Shown here: piece after piece, positions 1-6,912 of the stretch
Numbering within the stretch: the first letter of the stretch is position 1
How the letters are laid out: each line of letters opens with the position of its first letter
Origin: Promethearchaeota archaeon
Lineage (GTDB): Archaea > Asgardarchaeota > Lokiarchaeia > Sigyniarchaeales > SOKP01
DNA length: 11,421 nt
Assembly (NCBI GenBank): GCA_019057865.1
Contig: JAHLWP010000068.1
Coordinates: 1-11,421, forward strand
Direction of reading: 5' to 3'
Translations under genes and position numbers: made by a program
The notes under the pieces: model-generated
Databases searched by the model: none
The model's input: the letters and a program-made list of their open reading frames with translations, nothing else
What the model was told of the DNA's origin: nothing

Positions 1-324
1 AAAAATCTTAAAAAAATAATTATAATATCTTTTTCTTAGACTTCTTGAATTTTATAAATAAAAAATTAGAATTTGAGAAAGAGTAAATTTTTGAATATGT
101 CCCAAACCTATTCCATTATGAAGGCTATAACAGAATATCACGAGAAGTTATGTATCAAACATTAATAATTGGTAATGATATGATAAGATTTCCCTTACTT
201 CTAATAAGTTAAATGTTATTTAGGTGGAAAAATTTCTGGATAAAATCTTTCTCCATCTGGAGAATATCTTTTAGCTTGTTCTAAGACTTTTCTATAAGAA
301 ATTTCTATAAAAATAAAATCGAAT

Positions 325-540
325 ATGAAAATGGAATTATCAAAAAAATCCGAAGAAAAGAAATTAGAATCTATTGAACATATGAGAATGAAGTTATATT
401 TTCAGGATAATCTTCCTAACGACAATAATATAACAAAAATCGAATTGGAATGTATGATTGGTAATCGCAGAGCTGACCTTTACGGAGAATTATTTGATGG
501 CAAAAAATCTTTTCTAAGACAAAAACTAGTTATTCAGTAA
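325..540 (+). pseudogene. Truncated CoiA-like / PD-(D/E)xK nuclease fragment
   Basis: ESIEHMRMKLYF ... IELECMIGNRRADLY resembles the CoiA-family 'ES.EH...K' and 'E..IG..RAD' motifs. The ORF stops after GKK without the expected (I/V)E(I/V)Q motif. Motif recognition by eye only. Confidence 0.45.
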
Positions 541-781
541 AATTTACGATTCTTACTTGAATTACTAAATTTTAATTAAATTATATTAGAAAATTGAAAC
601 ATCTCGAAATGTTAATAACAAAATTTAAATTAAAAAAAAAGATATATAGAATAGGAGGAAAATTGGTTTAAGTGTGGTTTATCGAGAAGCCATTTATCTA
701 AACTTATTCTTCCTTTTTCTATATTTTTAATTAAGACAATTTTTTTCGTTTTATTTGTTATAGTACTTGCTCTTGACCTTT

Positions 782-1399
782 TTAGTGGATAAAGACTATT
801 TCTACAGGCCATATTCCAGGATAAAATGGGTGTCCCTCTGGTTTAGTGAGACCAACTTGGTTCACCTTTACTTTCGCAGTGTCCCCAGCAGTGAAACCTA
901 GTGCATCAACTAAAAATGTCCCTGTACCACTCCCTGTTATATGTGAATATGGAGCTTCGCCTGCACCTAAAAACCATACTTCAAAAAGATTTGGGACAGG
1001 ACCACCAAATTCTCCCTCAACAATTACGACAGCTGTGAAAGAGTAATCCATTTCTCCTTCAAATACAAATGGATTAACACCATAATCCCCGACCAACATA
1101 TAGGCACCTTTTACATGCAAATCAATCCTATACATAATTCGTCCATCTTTCAAGTCTCTCTCGAGTACAGAACCATGATGTTCGCAGTCCGCGATGACTT
1201 CTAGGCCTGGAAGTATCCAAAATCCGTGAGGGAAAATGATTAGATTAGTTTCGGGATCATACCATGCTACTACATAATCGTTAGTGTCAGTAAAGTCCTT
1301 AATTGGTCTAGAATTTGCTTTTCCTTGGACTGCTGGCATAAAGCTGAAAAGGAGAATTACTAATGTAGTCAATACTATTAATTTCGGAGTTTTTTTCAT
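782..1399 (-). CDS. Secreted/exported hypothetical protein, 205 aa
   Basis: Basic N-terminus, hydrophobic stretch and AVQG cleavage-like site (MKKTPKLIVLTTLVILLFSFMPAVQG). Beta-rich mature part. GAGGT SD at 1406-1410. Confidence 0.8.
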   Translation of the reverse strand: MKKTPKLIVLTTLVILLFSFMPAVQGKANSRPIKDFTDTNDYVVAWYDPETNLIIFPHGFWILPGLEVIADCEHHGSVLERDLKDGRIMYRIDLHVKGAYMLVGDYGVNPFVFEGEMDYSFTAVVIVEGEFGGPVPNLFEVWFLGAGEAPYSHITGSGTGTFLVDALGFTAGDTAKVKVNQVGLTKPEGHPFYPGIWPVEIVFIH

Positions 1400-1659
1400 T
1401 TCTTTACCTCGATTTTTTTTTCAAATGATTGCTGAAAATGATCATTTTTATTGAGTCAATGATGATTCTTCAATAAGACTAGGCAATAAATTAACGAATT
1501 ATGTCCACCCATCCTTAAATCATTAATCCAAAATGATCAAAATAAAAAAGAGATACCATCATATTTAAGTTTTTACTTATCTGTCAATTTGCAAAATCTT
1601 GAGACTTGATTATTAAGCTTTTCAAACAAAAATGGAAGGTTTTCAACATAGTTATACTA

Positions 1660-1833
1660 TTAAAAAAGAGTATTATTTAGGTATTGGTTCTCCACATTTC
1701 TTATTCTATCAATGGGGATATTCAATAGCAAGTATTTGCAATTGATAAATCTCTCATTATTAATATAAATTGCAGTCTTATTATATTCTAATTTCAGTGT
1801 AATATATTGGTTTATTTGAAATTTTAGTGGCAT
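1660..1833 (-). CDS. 57-aa mini-ORF or gene remnant: Lokiarchaeal N-terminal domain usually seen ahead of LRR proteins
   Basis: Hand translation MPLKFQINQYITLKLEYNKTAIYINNERFINCKYLLLNIPIDRIRNVENQYLNNTLF*. GGAGGT SD upstream. Below the ORF-track size cut-off. Family call is from memory of Loki proteins. Confidence 0.6.
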   Translation of the reverse strand: MPLKFQINQYITLKLEYNKTAIYINNERFINCKYLLLNIPIDRIRNVENQYLNNTLF

Positions 1834-1968
1834 TAATAATTTACCTCCCTTATTGTATTATTAATATAAATCGTAGTCTTATTATATTCTAATTTCAGTG
1901 TGATATATTGGTTTGCTTGAAATTCTTTATTTTTTAATAGCATTAATAATTTACCTTGCTTGTTATTG
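1756..1968. repeat. Imperfect ~100-bp tandem duplication (1756-1856 / 1857-1968)
   Basis: attattaatataaat..agtcttattatattctaatttcagtgt.atatattggttt..ttgaaatt...gcattaataatttacct..ttattg occurs twice. Confidence 0.9.
1833..1943 (-). CDS. 36-aa mini-ORF, partial duplicate of 1660-1833
   Basis: Hand translation MLLKNKEFQANQYITLKLEYNKTTIYINNTIREVNY*. Its TAA overlaps the ATG of the next ORF (TAATG). Confidence 0.45.
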   Translation of the reverse strand: MLLKNKEFQANQYITLKLEYNKTTIYINNTIREVNY

Positions 1969-2484
1969 ATAACATGCTTGTTCTTGGCAAAAAATTTTGG
2001 TTCCTTTATGGATTTTCACTACTTCAGTTTGTGGTGTATGATTTATAACTATTAAATCAACTTTCTTATTTTCACATCGAAAAGTAAAGATATCTCCTTT
2101 TGAAACTACTCGATCTTTTAAAGTTTTTACTAAACCATCTGGATTTTTTAAAATTATTCCTTTTTTATATCCCGCAAAAGAAACTTGTTGAGCAAGATGA
2201 TTTTTTGTCTTTTTAATCTTTACGATATCTTCGAGAGTTGCCTTTAGATTTCTTCTTAATAATGCATCAATCCTGATTATATTTGTACCCTCATCTCTAT
2301 GATCACTGGGAAACACTATAGCAGCCGTAAATTTTTTTTTAGATTCATTATAAATACAGATGGTATCACCAACATCGATATTACTCTCTGAAACTATTTC
2401 TGGATCAATTCGGGCAATGTTCTTACCGAAATCACCTTTAAAGGCATCCTTAATTCTTAGTTTTATATCCATTCTCATAATCAT
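1963..2484 (-). CDS. Stand-alone CDC48/p97/VAT N-terminal domain protein (double-psi beta-barrel plus CDC48_2 subdomain), no AAA module
   Basis: LRIKDAFKGDFGKNIARID ... GDTICI ... IIRIDALLRRNLKATLEDIVKI ... RVVSKGD ... TPQTEVVKI match the CDC48_N/CDC48_2 pattern. Ends at 173 aa. Confidence 0.85.
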   Translation of the reverse strand: MIMRMDIKLRIKDAFKGDFGKNIARIDPEIVSESNIDVGDTICIYNESKKKFTAAIVFPSDHRDEGTNIIRIDALLRRNLKATLEDIVKIKKTKNHLAQQVSFAGYKKGIILKNPDGLVKTLKDRVVSKGDIFTFRCENKKVDLIVINHTPQTEVVKIHKGTKIFCQEQACYQ

Positions 2485-2664
2485 AACTTTTTTATTATAG
2501 GTCTATATAAATGAAAAAATCAAATTATTATCAAAAATTATTAGTAAATATATTTAAAAGAAAAAATTCATGAAAAAATCTTAAATTACTTTATAATAAG
2601 CTTGATAATATTTTTTTATAACTTCTTTTAAAAAATAAAAAAAATAAAAAAAATTATACTTAAT

Positions 2665-3858
2665 TTATACTTTTTTTCTTAGCATATGACTTGCAATTAC
2701 CATTCTTTGAATTTCCGAGGTGCCTTCATAAATTTTAGGTTAAATAGCCGATATAGCCAAATATTCCCCCATTTTAGCATCACGGAAATATCTTTCAACC
2801 GGATATGCTTTCATTAAACCATATCCCCCGTGTATTTGTACTGCTTGGTGAGCTCCCTTCATTGCTGCCTCCGAAGCAACTAGTTTAGCCATTGAAGCTG
2901 CTAACCCATAATCCATTCCATTATCACGCATCCAAGCTGCTTTATAAGTAAGTAACCTTGCGGATTCTACTGCTGTAGTCATATCAGCAATTTTCCATTG
3001 GATACCTTGAAATCTGGCTATTTTTTGTCCAAATTGCTCCCTTTCATTAGCATATTTTATCGAGGCTTCCAGACATGCTTGAGCTAGCCCTAGACATTGA
3101 GCTGCGATTGTTATTCTTCCATAATCCAAAATTTGTAGTCCAAGTTTAAATCCAGTACCCTTTTGTCCCAGAATATTTTCCTCAGGTACTCTTACATTGT
3201 CAAACACTAGTTCGGAGGTGTTGGATGCTCGCACTCCTAATTTATCTTCTTTAACTCCAACTGAATATCCTGGAGTATTCGTATCTACAATGAATATTGT
3301 TAATTCTTTTCTACTACCTTTTTCTCCAGTCTTAGCTACAACAAGTAGAGTTTCTGCGATTCCTCCATTAGTAGCAAATATTTTACTTCCATTTAATATA
3401 TATTCATCTCCCTCTTTTTCTGCAGTAAGTTGAACTCCTCCTGCATCAGAGCCGGCATTTGCTTCTGTTAAACAAAATGCTCCTATTTTATTTCCTTTAG
3501 CAACGTCTATTAGGAATTTTTGTTTCTGATCTTCAGTTCCAAACCTATATAAAGGATATGCACAAACACCACAATGAACACTAGTAGTAATACCCCATGA
3601 GGCATCTACTCGTCCAATTTCCTCGGTGATTATTGCAAAAGAAATCGTATCATTATGTAAACCACCCCCTCCGTACTCTTCTGGGATACATGAACCAAAA
3701 TAATTCATTTCTTTCATTTTTTCAAAGACAATTGGATTTAATTCGGAGTTTTGATCAGATTCTTCGGCAACAGGTGCAATATATTCTTCCGCAAATTCAC
3801 GGGTTATCTTTCTAATCATTTTTTGCTTTTCATTTAAGGAAAAATCCATAAAAATCAT
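2665..3858 (-). CDS. Acyl-CoA dehydrogenase (short/branched-chain, butyryl-CoA DH-like), interrupted. Predicted exons 3858-2765 and 2734-2665; 387 aa if spliced
   Basis: Motifs IPEEYGG, GAFCLTEANAGSDA, NGSKIFATNG, KLGVRAS, GRITIAAQ, REQFG, QIHGGYG, VERYFRDAK. The missing C-terminus IYEGTSEIQRMVIASHMLRKKV* lies in frame at 2733-2665, beyond a 30-nt insert carrying TAA. Confidence 0.93.
2735..2764 (-). other. Candidate 30-nt BHB-type intron in mRNA
   Basis: Insert AUAUUUGGCUAUAUCGGCUAUUUAACCUAA. With its flanks it forms an exon helix AAAU/AUUU, a central helix GGGG/ACCU (3 of 4 pairs), two 3-nt bulges GA^A and AA^A, and an intron hairpin. Removal gives ATG GGG GAA ATT TAT GAA GGC. Confidence 0.65.
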
Positions 3859-4004
3859 CTATTTTTTATTTTTTCGTTATTTATTCTTACAATTTAAATT
3901 GTCTTATACAATTAAATATTTTAATAAATACTTCTAATTAAATTTGATAGATTGGTTTTTAAGACTAGATTTAAAAAATAAGAAAATTCTGTTATCTATT
4001 AATT

Positions 4005-4820
4005 ATGAATGATAATAAAGACTATTTTAAGGTTTCAAAACATAAAGATTATTTATATGTAATTAAAGAAAATATTTCTGTTGTTCATCCCGCCTATACA
4101 AATGATCCTCTTAATATGTACTTACTTTTAGGAAGTAACACAGCTCTTTTACTTGATACTGGGTGTGGACTATATCCATTAAAACCAGTTGTTGATGAGC
4201 TTATAGGTGAAAAAAATCTATTAGTATTCAATACACATACTCATTGGGATCATGTTTTAGGAAATGAGGAATTTGGTGAAGTATATGTTCATGAAAAGGA
4301 AGTTGCTATTATTTCAAAGCCCTATGATGTTTCACACTTTAAGGATTCTCCTAATGAAATAGTTAACAAATATGCTGAAAAGAATTTTTTAATTCCTCCA
4401 GCAAAGGTTATTAATACCTTAAAAGATGGAGATGTTTTTGATTTAGGAGAAATAAATGTTGAAATAATACATACTCCAGGACATTCTTCTGGGTCAATAT
4501 GTTTGCTTACAAGTACAGGCGAACTTTTCACGAGTGATGTGGCATATTACGGAGATCAATTTCTGCCGAAAAAAGAAGAATTTCCTCAAGTTCTTAATAC
4601 TCTTTCTGAATTGATAGCACTATGTGAAAAACAAAAAGATCTTGAACTATACCCATCACATAGGAATTATCCATGTGATATGACACTTTTAACAGATCTC
4701 TATAATGGTATTAAAAATATTGAGAATCTATGGGATACAAAGAAAGATTTCGAGTTTTTTAATAGATGGCAGATTGACGATGAGAGTGGCAAATTCAGAT
4801 ATTATATATCAAAAGTATAG
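4005..4820 (+). CDS. Metallo-beta-lactamase-fold hydrolase (glyoxalase II-like)
   Basis: LLDTG, THTHWDH (HxHxDH), HTPGHS, TSD and YPSH metal-ligand motifs. Confidence 0.92.
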   Translation: MNDNKDYFKVSKHKDYLYVIKENISVVHPAYTNDPLNMYLLLGSNTALLLDTGCGLYPLKPVVDELIGEKNLLVFNTHTHWDHVLGNEEFGEVYVHEKEVAIISKPYDVSHFKDSPNEIVNKYAEKNFLIPPAKVINTLKDGDVFDLGEINVEIIHTPGHSSGSICLLTSTGELFTSDVAYYGDQFLPKKEEFPQVLNTLSELIALCEKQKDLELYPSHRNYPCDMTLLTDLYNGIKNIENLWDTKKDFEFFNRWQIDDESGKFRYYISKV

Positions 4821-4841
4821 AAAAATTAAAAAAAAAAAAAA
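4821..4841 (-). terminator. Oligo-U terminator candidate for the minus-strand tetraspan gene; shorter copies at ~5839-5853 and ~6861-6875
   Basis: Long A run on + (U run on -) between convergent genes, typical of archaeal intrinsic terminators. Confidence 0.4.
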
Positions 4842-4868
4842 GTTATGAAATAAATATTATATGATTTT

Positions 4869-5537
4869 TTAGACTTTTGTGCCACATTCTCGGCAGAAAG
4901 GACCAGTCAATTTTGCACCGCAATTTGCACAGAATTTTAGACCTTCTTGTTGAACTTGAACATCAACCTATTTATCAGGTGGTGGTTGGTACTTTTCAGT
5001 AACTTGTTCTTCCCCTTTTTTTGATTCTAGCGTAATAGCATAAATAATAAAACTAGTGGCTATAATTCCAAGAACTCCAGCTATGATTGGAAGATAAAAA
5101 CCGATACCTGGATCAAATACCGCCCAATAATTAATGATTTTTCTATCTAAATAACCATAGTATATACCTGGACCGACAAAAGCTAATATTATACCAATCA
5201 CACTTGTTACAGTAGCTGCCTTGTTATTTCTCCCATCTTTTGCATTTCTAGATGATATAAACATCAATATTGCCATAATAAATATGATTACCATTGCGAC
5301 TGTTCCAATAAGGTTATACGTATTGCCCACTTCGTCACCAAAAAGATCTCTAGCACCGCCAGAATCTGTTTGTCCATCGTCAAATGCAATCCAATTACCA
5401 GGATACCATAAGAAAACTACTCCTCCATTTGTACTATAGCATGAAGGAGTCAGTATAGCAATTATTGCTAAAATCCCACCAGCGATTAGTAATTTCCAAG
5501 TATGTCTTAAAAAGCCTTGATTTTCTATTTCTGTTAT
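4869..5537 (-). CDS. 4-TM membrane protein copy A. ATA start; in-frame TAG at 4968-4970 before an intact C-terminal zinc ribbon (189 aa, or 222 aa with readthrough)
   Basis: The frame of ORF 4968-5330 is open upstream to ATA at 5537 (ITEIENQGFLRHTWKLLIAGGILAIIAILTPSCYSTNGGVVFLWYPGNW...). After the TAG it continues VDVQVQQEGLKFCANCGAKLTGPFCRECGTKV* to TAA at 4869. Confidence 0.8.
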
Positions 5538-5611
5538 AATTAAAACCTCTTTTTTTTATTATTGGATTTTCATTAAAATTTAATTTATATTTTATATTAA
5601 TCAATAAGTTG

Positions 5612-5625
5612 TATATAAGGATTTC
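5612..5625 (-). promoter_or_regulatory. Putative BRE/TATA (GAAATCC-TTATATA) carried in each array unit
   Basis: TTATATA preceded by a purine-rich element, about 75 nt upstream of the inferred start; present in all three units. The AT-rich background limits certainty. Confidence 0.35.
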
Positions 5626-5743
5626 AATTCAACATTTATTTTACTTCATTTATGAATTTTTAAATTTAAAAACCAATTTCTCGAGAGAGATATTATACGA
5701 TGAAAGGGGTAAATTAAGATACTCCTGAAGAAACAAATAAAAG

Positions 5744-5838
5744 ATCTATGGGATACAAAGAAAGATTTCGATTTTTTTAATAGATGGCAGATTGACGATG
5801 AGAGTGGCAAATTCAGATTTTATATATCAAAAGTATAG
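5744..5838 (+). pseudogene. Duplicated 3' fragment of the MBL hydrolase gene
   Basis: Matches 4726-4820 with two substitutions (GAG>GAT, TAT>TTT). Confidence 0.9.
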
Positions 5839-5872
5839 AAAAATTAAAAAAAAGAGTTATATTGTTTAAAAT

Positions 5873-6559
5873 TTATGAAACTTTTGTGCCACATTCTTGG
5901 CAAAAAGGACCAGTCAATTTTGCACCACAATTTGGACAGAATTTTAGACCTTCCTGTTGAACTTGAACAGCAACCTGTTTATCAGGTGGTGGTTGGTATT
6001 TTTCAATTACTCGTTCTTCCCCCACTTTTGATTCTAATGTAAAAGCATAAATATTAAAACTAGTGGCTATAATTCCAAGAACTCCAGCTATGATTGGAAG
6101 ATAAAAACCGATACCTTGATCAAATGCAACCCACCAACCACTGAATTCTCTATCTAAATAACCATAGTATATACCTGGACCGAGAAAAGCTAATACTGTA
6201 CCAATCGCACTCGTTACAACAGCTACCTTGTTCTCTCTCCCCTCTGTTGCTTTTTTAGATGATATAAACATCATTATTGCAGCAATAATTAACATTATGA
6301 CAATAGCACTAGCAAGACCTATATATTTATCAGCATCAGCACTATAAATAAAAAAATCTCTAGGCCCGCCAGAATCGGTCTCCATACCATATGGTGTATC
6401 GTACCACATAACCCAAAAACCAGCAAACCACATGAAAAATCCTCCTCCATTTGTAAAATAGCATGAAGGAGTCAGTAAAGCAATTATTACTAAAATCCCA
6501 CCAACGATTAATAAAATCCTACCAGCTCTTAAAAAACCTTGACTTTTTATTTCTGTTAT
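5873..6559 (-). CDS. 4-TM membrane protein with C-terminal zinc ribbon, copy B (228 aa from ATA start)
   Basis: The frame of ORF 5873-6433 is open upstream (ITEIKSQGFLRAGRILLIVGGILVIIALLTPSCYFTNGGGFF-MWFAGFW), which supplies TM1. The ATA aligns with the ATG of copy C and follows GAGGT. C-terminal CPNC-x8-CQEC. Confidence 0.85.
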   Translation of the reverse strand: MTEIKSQGFLRAGRILLIVGGILVIIALLTPSCYFTNGGGFFMWFAGFWVMWYDTPYGMETDSGGPRDFFIYSADADKYIGLASAIVIMLIIAAIMMFISSKKATEGRENKVAVVTSAIGTVLAFLGPGIYYGYLDREFSGWWVAFDQGIGFYLPIIAGVLGIIATSFNIYAFTLESKVGEERVIEKYQPPPDKQVAVQVQQEGLKFCPNCGAKLTGPFCQECGTKVS

Positions 6560-6765
6560 AATTAAAACCTCTTTTTTTTATTATTGGATTTTCATTAAAA
6601 TTTAATTTATATTTTATATTAATCAATAAGTTGTATATAAGGATTTCAATTCAACATTTATTTTACTTCATTTATGAATTTTTAAATTTAAAAACCAATT
6701 TCTCGAGAGAGATATTATACGATGAAAGGGGTAAATTAAGATACTCCTGAAGAAACAAATAAAAG

Positions 6766-6860
6766 ATCTATGGGATACAAAGAAAGATTTCGATTTTTTT
6801 AATAGATGGCAGATTGACGATGAGAGTGGCAAATTCAGATTTTATATATCAAAAGTATAG
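6766..6860 (+). pseudogene. Second duplicated 3' fragment of the MBL hydrolase gene
   Basis: Identical to 5744-5838. Confidence 0.9.
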
Positions 6861-6912
6861 AAAAATTAAAAAAAAGAGTTATATTGTTTAAAATTTATGA
6901 AATAAATATTTA

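Noticed and set aside
1-324. Short open frames and a tttctataa direct repeat at the window start
   Set aside because: No convincing protein motif or structure; low-complexity AT-rich sequence.
630-1046. ORFs 630-812 (-) and 846-1046 (+)
   Set aside because: They overlap or are antisense to the 205-aa gene and have no recognisable motifs.
2735-2764. Insert as an IS/MITE footprint, self-splicing intron, intein or stop readthrough
   Set aside because: There is no target-site duplication beyond AA and no terminal inverted repeats. It is far too short for a group I/II intron or an intein. Readthrough of UAA would still leave 10 extra residues beside the catalytic Glu.
3197-4531. ORFs 3197-3433, 3633-3815 and 4322-4531
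   Set aside because: Antisense shadows of the acyl-CoA dehydrogenase and MBL genes.
5657-5672. Palindrome TTTTTAAATTTAAAAA in each spacer
   Set aside because: Pure A/T in a very AT-rich region; its recurrence is explained by the duplication itself.
5526-6902. CRISPR array or integron attC cassettes
   Set aside because: Repeats are 355 bp and derive from neighbouring gene and intergenic DNA, and the units are paralogues. No cas or integrase gene and no attC-like dyad was seen.
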